From positions 19,034,001 to 19,098,000 of the forward strand of contig NC_043021.1 in assembly GCF_006345805.1 (NCBI RefSeq): DNA of 64,000 nucleotides, given 5' to 3'. The translations under genes were made by a program, and so were the position numbers. Positions 38,407 through 52,913 of this stretch are shown here, one piece after another (the stretch's first letter is position 1; each line of letters opens with the position of its first letter). The DNA comes from Octopus sinensis (lineage: Eukaryota). The notes under the pieces are model-generated. The model worked only from the letters and a program-made list of their open reading frames with translations. It had not been told where the DNA came from and made no database searches.

Positions 38407-38765
38407 CTCCACCTTTATTCTCTAGAAAAACGACGACGACGTGGTGATCTCATTCTTGCTCACAACATCATAAGCGGAAAGTGTAACCTCTCGAAAGAGC
38501 TGTTCTTCACTCCTGCTCCAGAGCGTGGGCTGCGGGGTGACTCCGAAAAGCTCTATCTGCGACGATTTCATCTCAATCGAAGGAGAGGGGCTTTTTCCGT
38601 CCGGGTTGCGGATCCGTGGAATAAGCTGCCAGACGAGATGGTGAAGATGCCGACGACCGCTCGGTTCAAAGTCTCCCTTGATCTCAAGTGGCCTGAACTC
38701 TTTACATGAACACCACCCTGTACATAACTCCATGTCCCCCTACATGGCCTTGCTTTTTGAGCCAA
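38407..38765 (+). mobile_element. CR1-type LINE 3' end
   Basis: LHLYSLEKRRRRGDLILAHNIISG..RGAFSVRVADPWNKLPDEMV..PELFT* (stop 38707-38709). Confidence 0.9.
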
Positions 38766-40311
38766 AAAGAGACCGATAGAGTAAGCACTAGGCTTGCAAA
38801 GAATAAGTCCTGGGGTCGATTTGCTCGACTAAAGGCGGTGCTCCAGATTAAGAGTAAAATAACCGTCTTGATACACAACAGCACCAGTTTCAACACGCGA
38901 TTTCACATCAGGAATCTTGCAAAACGAACTGAGAGTCAAGACTATTGAAAAGGTTGCAAGACGCAACGAAAATTTTAGGAAAATAAAAACAAGAAATAAG
39001 TGGAAATTTTACCGGTGAGTGTGTTAAATTATAAGGCACAAAAAGAAAATGACTCTCCCCAGACACAGCAGAACTGATTGCACACAAATTTTAACAACAA
39101 AATCTTATATCGGCCTCCTAAGGGCCATATGGACCCCAGTTATGAACCACTGATATACACAGATGTTAGAGATTCATGCTGTCTTCCTTAGCCATAAAAT
39201 TATATTTTGATGATTTAAACAGGCGCCATAGATCTCTTCTTCAGTTCACTGTGCTGAAAAGTTCGTAGCATAAAGATTATGGAGCAAGGGAGATAACTCT
39301 TCATTGCTTACAGCATAAAAAAAAACAAGCTACTTTGCCTTTGCCGGTTTCATGGTTGAATGGACAATGCTAGGGAGAAGGGGCATCCGTTGAAGTTTAG
39401 AAATAAATGCTCTAATAAAGAATGCATAATTATTCCTTGCATCTTGAAGTGTGGATATTTAAATAGATGTAAACAAGGTTACAAAAAAAGATACACAACC
39501 GCATTGGTCTGAGTTCATCAGCTCCACAACGTTACACGCTGGACAAGTGTTTTTGCTACCATTGCTTTGAGCCGACCAAAGCGAACTTGGAAGACGTGTG
39601 TGTGTGTGTGTGTGTAACCACAACTTGACAACCGGAGTTGGTTTGTTTACATTACCGTAATTTAACGTTTCGCAAAAAAAAAAAAAAAAAGATGGCAGAC
39701 GAAATACCTATTTCTTTACTACCCACAAGGGGCTAAAACACAACCGATGCTGGTGTGTTTACGTCCCCGTAACTTAGCGGTTCAGCAAAAAACACCGATA
39801 GAATAAGTACTAGGCTTACATAATAAGTCCTGGGGTCGATTTGCTCGACTAAAGGCGGTGATCTAGCATGGCCGCAGCCAAATGACTGAAACAAGTAAAA
39901 GAGTATATATACTCTTTACTCTTTTACTTGTTTCAGTCATTTGACTGCGGTCATGCTGGAGCACCGCCTTTAATCGAGCAAATCGACCCCGGGACTTATT
40001 CTTTGTAAGCCCAGTACTTATTCTATCGGTCTCTTTTGCCGAACCGCTATGTGACGGGGACGTAAACACACCAGCATCGGTTGTCAAGCAATGCTAGGTG
40101 GACAAACACAGACACAAACACACACATACATATATATATACATATATACGACAGGCTTCTTTCAGTTTCCGTCTACCAAATCCACTCACAAAACATTGGT
40201 CGACCCGGGGCTATAGCAGAAGACACTTGCCCAAGATGCCACGCAGTGGGACTGAATCCGGAACCATGTGGTTGGTTAGCAAGCTACTTACCACACAGCC
40301 ACTCCTGCGCC

Positions 40312-40345
<34 letters not shown>

Positions 40346-40514
40346 CACACACACACACACACACACGTGTGAGCGTGTGTATATGTGTATAAGGATAGAT
40401 AGATAGAGAGAGAGAGAAAGAGTCGAATGCACTTTTAACTTTGACAATATAAGTAATGCTATAAATCTTTGTGACGTGTGCCAGAATGGATGCGTGCGTG
40501 CACGAGTTCGTACC

Positions 40515-40557
<43 letters not shown>

Positions 40558-42382
40558 ATGATGTGTGTGTGCGTGAGGGCGTGTGTATACAACCATGAAA
40601 ACTAAAGCTTGTAATTAAGAGACAACAACAACAACATCCCCGTAGATGATAGACTATAACCATCCTCTGACGTGTCATCACTATGGTTACCACAGAGGTC
40701 ACTCGATTCTTGTTAGCATAGCAACAATGTGGTCAGTACTCTTGCACAGCGGAGTTGTTTACTTATTGGCATATCTGGAGCGTGACGGTTTTAAAATACC
40801 ACCGCCAACAACAATAACAATGGTCAATAGTGACTTCGAATTTCTCCACACTGCTCTGACCTTGATCAAGACAGGCGGCGAGCTGGCAGAGTCGTTAGCA
40901 CGCCGGGCGAAATGCTTAGCGGTATTTCGTCTGCCGTTACGTTCTGAGTTCAAATTCCGCCGAGGTCGACTTTACGTTTCATCCTTTCGGGGTCGATTAA
41001 ATAAGTACCAGTTACGCACTGGGGTCGATATAATCGACTTAATCCGTTTGTCTGTCCTTGTTTGTCCTCTCTGTGATTAGCCCCTTGTGGGTAGTAAAGA
41101 AATAGGTATTTCGTCTGTCTTTACGTTCTGAGTTCAAATTCCACCAAGGTCGACTTTGCCTTTCATCCTTCCGGGGTCGATAAATTAAGTACCAGTTACG
41201 CACTGAGGTCGATATAATCGACTTAATCAGTTTGTCTGTTCCCTCTATGTTTAGTCCCTTGTGGGCAATAAAGAAATATATTAGCCTCTCAGCCACTAAT
41301 TCACTCAATCTAGCCCTGAATAGGTTATCAAGGCGCATGGATCAGTGGTTAGAGCGTTTGGCTTACAATCAGGTGGTAGTGAGTTCGATTCCCGAACCGA
41401 GCTGTGTGTTTTGTTCTTGAGCAAGACACTTTATTTCACGTTGCTCCAGTTCACTCAACTGTAGAAATGAGTTGCGATGTCACAGGTGCCAAGCTGTATC
41501 GGCCCCTTTGCCTTTCCCTTGGACAACACTGGTGACATGGAGATGGGGAGGCTGGTATACATGGGTGACTGCTGGTCTTCCATAAACAACTTTGCTTGGA
41601 CTTGTGCCTCGGAGGGGAACTTTCTAGGTGCAATCCCATGGTCATTCATGACCGAAGGGGGTCTTTACCCTTTTTTAGGTACTGCTTAAAAAATTGTAGT
41701 ATTTGGGACACTATTGTTTTACTGGTGTTGGTTGGTTGGTGGAGTCGTTGGATATTTGTTGATGTAGTAGGATGAGTGCGGTCATGCTGAGGCATCGTCA
41801 TTAAGTCGTTTTAGTTGATTAGATAGGTTCTAATGCGGTGTCTGGTACTTCGAAGGAGTTATGTCAAATGCAATAGTGATTGAAGTAAAGGGATATAACT
41901 CAGTCGAGCACCCACGTGAGTGTGTGTGCGCGTACGTACGATTGTGTGCGTGCGGGTGTGAATCCAAACTGAGCGGTGTCATATGGAAATTGTCACCCAT
42001 AATTATGACCCTAGAATCGATCTATTGCATTTCAATCTATTTTAGGGTTAGGGGTGGGGGGAAGGGTATCTTTTTTTCTTCACAAATGTAAATAAACCCA
42101 ATCTGCTTCTTAAACGAGGGACATATTCATATAGCACAGAATACTTTTTAACTCAATAGACGCCAGTGATTGGTTGAAATTGCAGAAATTTAAGAAGAAA
42201 CACAACAAATATCTTACAAACTATAGAATTTTCTCAATAAAGCCAAGAGAAAAAGATGTCTTATAAACACATTCTACCAGTATACGAAGTTTAAAATTTT
42301 TTAGTTACCTAGAAATTATGTTAGAAACTGCCGTTCAAACCGAAAAGATCCAGCAAAAGCTTTAAAAACCGCCAATCCTACG

Positions 42383-44032
42383 ATAAATACACACACGAGC
42401 AATGCAATGAACACTTCAAGAAATAGGCCTACCTTTAGGACGGAATTTGAAGGTAGTTTACATACCCCAATATCAACTGATTTCATACTGTTTGAAGGAA
42501 GGCCTATTTTTTGAAGGGTTCTAATTATTTTCATTACTTATAAAAAGGCCACACGTAAATGCTCCTTGACAAACACAACGCATAAAGAGAATACAAAACG
42601 CGACAAAACATAAACTTGGGGAACTAAAAATTAACAAAAAGTGGATGAGATTAGAAGAAAAAAAAGTAAAGAAACGAATGATAGTATGGAAAATGAGGCG
42701 CAATGCCCACTCGAACCCCGAATTTGAGTTGTTACATTTTCACAGTCTTTTCTCTAATTTTTTTTTAAGTCTACGTATATACATTTTTCACAGTCATTTT
42801 TTTCTTTCTTTCCCTTTTTTTAACAAGTTCACATTAGTATTGAAAGTTCTTTTACCTTTATTTCTTCACTCTTTCCAACCTCTCGTAATCCACTACAGAA
42901 AGTGCACCTTCATCCAACCAGTATTCCTTAATCCATTTCAAATGATCCGAAAATACATCCGTAAATCTATCAGACTTCTCCTCTCGTATCCATGCACCTC
43001 TCTCGTCCATCTCAAATCCTTCTCTCGGCAGCTTCACTTTCACCTGTCCCTTCCATTTCGCCATCTTTTTTTTTCTCTTCGTCCACATTCTTCCTATATA
43101 TTGCCAAGTAACCCTTATTTTTGTACTCTTCGATTGCTTCTTGCGTATTTTTAGCTTCGGTTCGTTTCTTCCCTTTGCTTGACTCTTTGCTTTCTGTTGG
43201 ATACTCTCTTGTCTTTGCTTTTTCCCTCCTTTTGGGGCTGACAAAGCCGTCATACCCCTCTTTCACCTCGATCCTTTCCTTCTCATTTACGTCGCTGACG
43301 CGCTCCGCATCACTTCTATCTTCTCTCGTTTCAATTTTCCTTTCCATCTTTTTTCTGTTCCTCCTCTTTTTCACTCAGAGTAAATTCCAACAAGGGGTAC
43401 TGAGCCTTCATATGGCCCCGTGCTCCGCAAATATAACAATAAGGACGTCTTCCTTTTACCACTACACTTAGCCTTGCTCATTCCTCAATCTCAATCTGGT
43501 AGGGGATTCGGTTTATGTCTTCGAATGTGGCAAAAATCCACATTTCGACTCTGAATATCTACCAGTTTCGCCTCTCCGGTTGGAGAGGAGAACTTTCAAT
43601 ACTAATGTGAACTCGGGGAGAAAAAAAATACGACTGTGAAAAATGTATATATGTAGACTTTAAAAAAAATTAAAGAAAAGACTGTGAAAATGTAACAACT
43701 CAAATTCGGGGTTCGAGTGGGCATTGCGCCTCATTATTCGTTTCTTTTATTTTTTCTTCTAATCTCATCCACTTTTTGTTAATTTTTAGTTCCCCGAGTT
43801 TATGTTTTGTCGCGTTTTGTATTCTCTTTATACGTTGTATTTGTCAAGGAACATGTACGTGTGGCCTTTTTATAGGTAATAAAAAAAAAATTAGAACACT
43901 TCAAAAAATAGGCCTACCTTCAAACAACATGAACTCAATTGATATTGGGGTATGTAAACTACCTTCAAATTCCGTACTGAAGGAAGGCCTATTTCTTGAA
44001 GTGTTCATTGCGTTGCTCGTGTGTGTATTTAT
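42383..44032. mobile_element. Fold-back element: ~450-470-bp inverted arms around a gag-like remnant
   Basis: Arms 42383-42850 and 43589-44032; loop (minus strand) VVVKGRRPYCYICGARGHMKAQYP. Confidence 0.8.
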
Positions 44033-44574
44033 ACTAAGGTTATAATTATGGGTCACAATTTCATACGACACCGCTACGGAAAATGGGATTTTTTTCTAGC
44101 GGTGTCAAATGAAAATGTCACCCATAATTATGGCCCTAGTATCGATCTATTGCATTTCAATCTATTTTAGATTTAGGGTTAGAGTTAGGGTTAGTTAGGG
44201 TTAGGGGTTGGAGAAGGGTATCTTTTTTTCTTCACAAATGTAAATAAACCCAATCTGTTTCTTAAAGGAGGGACATATTCATTATGCACAGAATGTTATT
44301 TACGTCAATGGAGGTAATGGATTGGTTAAAATTACCGAAATGCAAGAAATTTCAGACGAAATATCTTACAAACTATGGAATTTTCTCAATAAAGCCAAGA
44401 GAAAATGATGTTTTATAAACACATTCTACTTTTTAGTTACCTAGAAATTATGTTACAAAGTGCCGTTCAAAAGGAAAAGATCCCTTTCTCTTCTTTCTTT
44501 CTTGCTCTTACACACCCTCATCACTAGTTTTACTTTTTCACACACATACGCGCGGACATACACGCGCGCACGTG

Positions 44575-44646
<72 letters not shown>

Positions 44647-44681
44647 TAGTATACCCGTGTCGTTAAAAAATTCGCGCTTAC

Positions 44682-45085
44682 CCTGCCTTTCAGATGACAA
44701 GTTTCGATCACAAACACATTCATGAAGAATTCTATATGCCAACGTTCAAAATTCAGGACCAAACCTATCATAGGATAGGCTCTATTCTTCCTGTCAACAA
44801 CGCTGAACACCGATTCCTTCAAATTTACTTCATGGGAGATACCACTGAGCAAACGGCTCGCCGAGTTCAGGTTGTACCTGGAACAAAAATGCCTCTTTTA
44901 AATGAACTTCAGGAAATGCTCCACACCACCAACTGATATGCGAGGGACTTCAAATCTGCGATACAACGCCGACATACAGTCGAGCCCAACTTCAAAGTTA
45001 TCATAAGGAATAGCCGAACGCCTATCAGAGAGCAACAAGGATGCTTTAACCAGCCCCAAAATGACGAAATTGCAGTTCTACTCTG
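44682..45085 (+). pseudogene. Helitron Rep/helicase N-terminal fragment
   Basis: FQMTSF..YMPTFKIQDQTYHRIGSILP..FLQIYFMGD..ELQEMLH..FNQPQNDEIAVL, one in-frame stop. Confidence 0.85.
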
Positions 45086-47369
45086 CCGTCACGATAAAGC
45101 CATACCTATTTCTTTACTACCGCTACGCATTTCGCCCGGCGTGCTAACGTTCCTACCAGCTCGCCGCCTTACCGTCGACTACATGGCCACCTCCTTTACC
45201 AATACATCAACATGCTTTTTCACGTCAACTCTTTAGCAACTGTTTCGACACACCGACGTGGGACGGCGAAGGATGGTTCACAAGATTTTTCATCCTCGTG
45301 GTGTGGACTGAGCAACATTCCGACTTTGGTCTGAATGACTAAAAACTCGAACACATTGCAATCATTCTCCAATTTTCATCGTGCGTTGCCGACGGACATG
45401 ATCCTTTTCAATCCGCCATGACAGCTCGTTAGTGACTGTCGTTATATGCAGGGAGACAACTCTAACTAAACTCTCTGCACATAATAAGACCCATGCTGGC
45501 TATTTTGAGAATGTATATATATATACGTGTATCCGTCATTACAACTTCACAATTATCTGTCTGCCTTTCAACGCGACCTATTTTCATTGCGAACTGCTAC
45601 AGATTCAAAGCAATATTCGTGAAGTGAAGTCAAACACATCATGTCTTCATTTTTCGTTACCTGAAGTCAATATCAGAGTGGTCGTACACATAAAAAAAAA
45701 TAATAAAGCTTAGCCAGGCTCATGGGCCCGGTTTCCGGGTTTCAATGACGTATGTGTTCCCCAGCTGGACGGGACGCCAGTCCATCGCAGTGTTACTCAT
45801 TTTTGCCAGCGGAGTGGACTGGAGCAGCGTGAAATGAAGTGTTTTGCTCAAGAACACAACGCGTCGCCCGCAATCTAGACTAGGGTCTGAAAGTTTACCA
45901 CACCATAGTGTGGTTACACCATGGTTCCTCTGCTTTGCGGAAGAAGTAAGAGTGAGAGCAAGTTGTGGTGAAAGAGTACAGCGGGGTTCATCACCCACCC
46001 CCCATCGGAGCTTAGTGGAGCTTAGGTGTTTTTGCTCAATAAACACTCACAATGCCCGGTCTGGGAATCGAACCCGCGTTCTTACGACCGCGAATCCACT
46101 GCCCTAACCACTTGGCCATTGCGCCTCCTGTTGCTGCTGTTGTCGCTACTTACGTGATATTCTTATTATGACATAACCACGCCCCCCTCTCTCTCTCTAT
46201 CTCTCTCTCTTTCTCTCTCTCTCTCTGCTCCTCGCTCCTCTTAATCTATCTCACAATCCTTTCTCCACCACTGCCACAACCATTCCATACCTGTTTTCCT
46301 CCTCCTCCGAACTTTTTTCACCATTTTCTATAGGCGTAGGAGTAGCTGTGTGGTAAATAGCTTGCTTACCAACCAAATGGTTCCGGGTTCGGTTCCACTG
46401 CTTGGCACCTTAGGCAAGTGTCTTCTACTATAGCCTCGGGCCGACCAAAGCCTTGTGAGTGGATTTGGTAGACGGAAACTGAAAGTAGCCCGACGTATAT
46501 AAATGTGTATATATATATATATATATATAAGTGTACGTATTATGTATGTATGTGCGTGTATATGTTTGTGTGTCTGTGTTTGTCCCCACAACATCGCTTG
46601 ACAACCGATGCCGGTGTATTTACGTCACCGTAACTTAGCGGTTCGGCAAAAGACACCGACAGAATAAGTACTAGGCTTACAAAGAATAAGTCCTGGGGTC
46701 GATCTGCTCGACTAAAGGCGTTGCTCCAGCATGGCCACTGTCAAATGGCTGAAACAAAAAAAAAAGAGTATAGCATCTCTAGCCCAAACTTCTCCACCCC
46801 TACCATACATTCAATTTGATCTAAAGGCCTGATTCCCACCAGTCTATATTGTCTGTATTATCTGTATCTTTATTACATTCATATTACAGAAGGCGGCGAG
46901 TTGGCAGAAACGTTAGCACGCCGGGCGAAATTCGTAGCCGTATTTCGTCTGCCGTTACGTTCCGAGTTCAAATTCCGCCGAGGTCGACTTTACCTTTCAT
47001 TCATTCAGGGTCGATAAATTAAGTACCAGTTACGTACTGTGGTCGATGTAATCGACTTAATCCGTTTGTCTGTCCTTGTTTGTCCCCTCTGTGTTTAGCC
47101 CCTTGTGGGTAGTAAAGAAATAGATATATTCATATTACAGCTTTCTGCCGTTAATCGTTTACTTGCTTCAGTCATTGGATTACGGCCATGCATCACCTTC
47201 AAGGGTTTTAGTCTTATAAATCAACCCTCAGTACTTTTTTTTCTGGACCTGGTACTTATCTTCTTGCCGAAACGCTGTGTTGCAAGGACGTAAACAAACC
47301 AGCACCGGTTGTCAAACGGTGGTGCTGCATAAGCACAACACAAACAGAAACACACACACACACACACAC

Positions 47370-47409
<40 letters not shown>

Positions 47410-47767
47410 ACAGGCTTCTTTCAGTTTCTCTCTACCAAATCCATTCACAAGGCTTTGGTCGGCTCAGGGCTATAGCAGAAGACATTTGTCCGAGGTGCCG
47501 TGCAGTGGGACTGATCCTAAGAGCATACGGTTGAGAAGATAACTTCTTAAACGCAATAGCCGCATAGCAATTTCCAATGTTATATTATACCTATTATACC
47601 TTTATGTTGTCATTATATTCTCCCCAACATTTCAATTGTGATTTTATTACAGTTATCTCCCTTGGTTATGTTTTTATTTTCTCTTAGATTTTAAACATTC
47701 CTAAAGGAAGGTTTTAGTCTATGATTAGGTATACGTACATGTATATATACATACATATATGTATATG

Positions 47768-47799
<32 letters not shown>

Positions 47800-49007
47800 T
47801 ACATACATATATGTATGTATATGATGAACAAACTGAATTTGTTTTTCCATTTTCTTATTTGTTTTATAAATTTACGGTAAAAATATTTCTTTACTTTCAC
47901 CCGTTTAATACAATAAATGAATTAACTACAATGCAATTAAAAACATTTGTGTATTAAGAATTTGGGTACTTTACCAACAGTATATTGGATAATTGATAAC
48001 CCATAGTAGGTTACATCCATAATCCCTATCTTACTTTGTATTATATATATATAGGCGCAGGAGTGGCTCTGTGGTAAGTAGCTTGCTTACCAACCACATG
48101 GTTCCGGGTTCAGTCCCACTGCGTGGCATCTTGGGCAAGTGTCTTCTGCTATAGCCTCGGGCCGACCAAAGCCTTGTCAGTGGATTTGGTAGACGGAAAC
48201 TGAAAGAAGCCTGTCGTATATATATATGTATGTGTGTGTGTATGTTTGCATGTCTGTGTTTGTCCCCCTAGCATCGCTAGTGTGTTTACGTCCCCCTCAC
48301 TTAGCGGTTCGGCAAAACAGACCAATAGAATAAGTACTGGGCTTACAAAGAATAAGTCCCGGGGTCGATTTGCTCGACTAAAGGCGGTGCTCCAGCATGG
48401 TCGCAGTCAAATGACTGAAACAAGTAAAAGAGTATGTACGAGTGAGTGGGCGAAAAAATGGCGCTCGACATATTTAGTAAGAGTTACATGTATTATTTAA
48501 GACAATTCGATTTGGCTGTATGCGGCTTAAAGTTTCACGGGCTTCTACTAAAAACCAGTCTCTTTCAGGCTTGCACGCACCTCTCTTCCCCCCCCCCTCT
48601 CTCTCTCTGTGACTGTGTGGTAAGTAGCTTGCTTACCAGCCACGTGGTTCCGGGTTTAGTCCCACTGTGTGGCACCTTGGGCAAGTATCTTCTGCTATAG
48701 CCTCGGGCCGACCAAAGTCTCGTGAGTGGATTTGGTAGACGGAAACTAAAAGAAGCCCGTCGTATATATTTATATATATATATATGTGTCTGCGTTTGTG
48801 TGTCTGTGTTTGTCCCACCAACATCGCTTGACAACCGATGCTGGCATGTTTACGTCCACGTAACTTAGCGGTTCAGCAAAAGAGACCGATAGAATAAGTA
48901 CTAAGCTTACAAAGAATAAGTCTTGGGGTCGATTTGCTCGACTAAAGGTGGTGCTCCAGTATGCCCACTGTCAAATGACTGAAACAAGTAAAAGAGTATA
49001 TATAATA

Positions 49008-49024
<17 letters not shown>

Positions 49025-49097
<73 letters not shown>

Positions 49098-49239
49098 TGT
49101 ATATAGATAGATAGATAGATAGATGATGATAGATAGATAGATAGATAGATATGTAGGTAGGTAGGTAGATAGATAGATAGATAGATAGATAGATATAGAT
49201 AGATAGATAGATAGATAGATATATATGTAGGTAGGTAGG

Positions 49240-49273
<34 letters not shown>

Positions 49274-49287
49274 TGTAGGTAGGTAGG

Positions 49288-49318
<31 letters not shown>

Positions 49319-49364
49319 GTAGGTAGGTAGGTAGGTAGATAGATAGATAGATAGATAGATAGAT

Positions 49365-49395
<31 letters not shown>

Positions 49396-49409
49396 TGTAG
49401 GTAGGTAGG

Positions 49410-49453
<44 letters not shown>

Positions 49454-49455
49454 CT
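49025..49455. repeat. (GA)n then (TAGA)n/(TAGG)n array
   Basis: Direct inspection. Confidence 0.95.
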
Positions 49456-50048
49456 ATAGTAGAAGACTCTTACCCAAGGTGTCACACAGCGGTGACTTAA
49501 CCCGAAACAATGTGGTTGGGCCGCAAACTTCTTACCTCAGCCATATCTGCGCCCATAAAAAATCGCACTGTTCAGTTCGGTATTTGAACCTACGATCAAT
49601 CGAACAAGAGTCTAACACGTTTGCCATTAACCTACGTGCCCTCTAAAAATGTTGGGGAATGGACACGAAACATTTAGTCATGAAAATAAGATGACTACGG
49701 CTCAAATGCGTTTGACCCGGGGCTAAACAACAACAACACACTCTTTCCTTTTTATCTGTCTGTCTCTCTCTCTCTCTTTCTCTCTCTTTCTCCCCTTCTC
49801 TTCCTTCCTCTTTTTATTTCCTCCTACTTCTTCATGTAATTTAATCTACGTCCCCCCTCCCCTCTTAATCTCCCTCCTATTAATCCTCTACATCGCCATT
49901 TGATTCGGCCAGTTTAGCTCCTCTATCTACTCCTCCCCATCCATGTACACTTCATCACCATCAATCATCACACACACACACACTAACGCACACAAACATT
50001 CATACACACGCACGCACACATATACATTCATACAGGTACGTACGCGCG

Positions 50049-50083
<35 letters not shown>

Positions 50084-51118
50084 ATACACACACACTAACG
50101 CACAAACATTCATACACACGCACGCACATGCATATACATTCATACAGGTACGTACGCGCGCTCGCGCACACACACACACACACACACTTATACACACTCG
50201 CATACACACAGGCACAGAGACACGCATACACACACGCACACTGACGCACACACATACATTCACGCCGAAAGAGAGAAAGAGAGGAAGCAAAGAGAAAGAC
50301 AAAGAGAGCATGATGCATTTACATATTGATCTTTTTCTCCCTCTCTCTCTCTCTGTCTTACACTCTCTCAACCCACATCCTGTCTATACACATACATAAA
50401 GTGATTGATCTCCCCTCTCTTCACACTCACACACAAACGCACACACACACACACACACACATAAATACACACGCTCACTCACACACATACAGACACGCGC
50501 GCACACACACCAGTATAGTGCGAGTGCGTGTGAGCAGCTGTCGTCTGCGTGTGTCATTCGATTGTGTCGTCTGCCAACAGACAAAAAAAAAACGCTCCCA
50601 AAATGTCTAAAGCAGACGACACCATCTACACACATATACATGTCTGTATATATTTTATATAACGATGTCTTACAAACTGTAGATAGTTTGCGACTTTATT
50701 GAAATGACTGAAAATCATTTCTTGTACTTCATAGAAGGTAAGGCTGATGAAAATATTCTTGTTTTACTGATATTTTTTGTCACAATGTTCTTTCTTCCTT
50801 CATTTTGTTTCTCTCTTCTCTAATTAATTCTTCTTGTTTTTCTTTTTGTTTTTCATAGTTATATTCAAGTATGTAGCGTATATTTTATTTACATTATATA
50901 GTTGTTTTTTTTTTATATATGGAGCCTCTGCTCAAGGTATATATAAGCTTTCCATTTGTGGCTATCACGTCTTGTTTATTTACACCATCAGTTGGGGGCT
51001 GTGTGGTAAGAAGTTTGCAGTTGCTTCCCAACGACATGATTCCGTGTTCAATCCAACTGCGTGGCCGACCAAAGCCTTGTGAGTGGATTTGATAGACGGA
51101 AACTGAAAGAAGCTATCG

Positions 51119-51150
<32 letters not shown>

Positions 51151-51734
51151 TGTATTATGTATGTATGTATTATGTATGTATGTATGTATGTATGTATGTA
51201 TGTGTGTGTGTATGTATGTATGCATGTATGTATGTATGTATGTATATATGTATGTATGTAAGCATGTATGTATGTATGCATGTATGTATGTATGTATGTA
51301 TGTATGTATGTATGTATGTATGTATGTATGCATGTATGTATGTATGTATGTATGTATTTATATATGTATGTATGTAAGTATGTATGTATGTATGTATGTA
51401 TGTATGTATGTATGTGTGCATATGTATGCGTGTGTGTCTATGTTTGCATTTGACCGCCACCACTACTTGGCAACCGGCGTTGGTTTGTTTACGTCACCGT
51501 AACTTAGCCGTTCGGCAAATGAACTGATAGAATAAGTCCCAGGCTTTAAAAAGACGTACTAGGGGCCGATTCGTTCGACTAAAATCCCTTGAAGGTTGTG
51601 CACTAGCATGGCCGTAGTCAAGTGACTTAAAACAAGTAAAAGATAAGGTGAAAAGCTGTCCAGTTGTGACCAACACGACTTTATTTTATTTATTTATTTA
51701 TTGTACCTATCTTTATTTCTACCATCATCCCGGT

Positions 51735-51865
51735 ACATTGGCGGAGGTAAAGAATACGTACACCACTCGTTTTCGGCGTAACAAAACCCCTAAACCTTAA
51801 CCCTAAACCCTAACCCTAAACCTAAACACCGGGTGTATGCATTCTTTACTTTCGCCCATTGTTTT
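51735..51865. mobile_element. Small MITE-like inverted repeat enclosing CCCTAA-like repeats
   Basis: GGCGGAGGTAAAGAATACGTACACC / GGTGTATGCATTCTTTACTTTCGCC. Confidence 0.6.
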
Positions 51866-52875
51866 AGGGGGCGAATTGGCAAAGTTGTCAGAGGACAAGA
51901 CAAAATGCTTTGCTGTATTATATATCCACTTCACTGCGTTCAGAGTTCAAATCCCACCAAGGCCAACTTTGCCTATCATCTTTTCGGAGGTTTGATAGAA
52001 TAAGTTTACAGTTCTAGGATTGTGGAATTATCACCAAGTGATACATTAGTGTTTGTTCTGGTGGACCTTTGCGTCCACAGTTCTTCGAGTGATGGGGACC
52101 AACGAAAGGAAATTCTCTGCGCTAAACAAGACCCCTTTCGAGCGCCTAGCAAGCGGGGCAGTTCCTCTCAAAATTCAAGGTTGATGTTAGGGGTTTTTCC
52201 TCTTTCTTGTTTTTTTAAGGGTCTGTTAGATATTCACCGCCTCCCCCATCTCCAGCGTTCTCTGTTGTTCTCGATACGAAGTAACAGGCTAAATCCTTTC
52301 CCGTATAATCCCTGGATAGGTTTAATCTGTTATCCGGTTTAACACCACCACCTGGTCTTTTGGGTGCTGTTTGTGGAGTGCCCTTTGTAATATGTGTGTA
52401 TGTGTGTGCGTGTGTGTGTGTGTGCATACATGTATGCATTCATGCATGTATGTATATATAAAGACATACGTATGTATACACACGTATGTGTGTATATATG
52501 TGTTCGTGCGTGTATGTATGTATGTATATATATATGTATATATATATATATGTGTGTGTGTATACATACATACATACATACATACATACATACATACATA
52601 CATACATACACACACCATATATACAGGGTGAAATCGCGTGGCTTAGTGGTTAGGGTGTCGCCATCATGATCGTAAAATTGTTGTTTCGATTCCTGGACCG
52701 GGCGACGCGTTGTGTTCTTGAGCAAAACACTTCATTTCACGTTGCTCCAGTCCACTCAGCTGGCAAAAATGAGTAACGCTGCGATCGACTGGCGTCCCCG
52801 TCCAGCTGCGGAACACATACGCCATTAAAACCGGGAAACCGGGCCCATGAGCCTGCATAGGCTTTAAAAGGGCGC

Positions 52876-52913
<38 letters not shown>

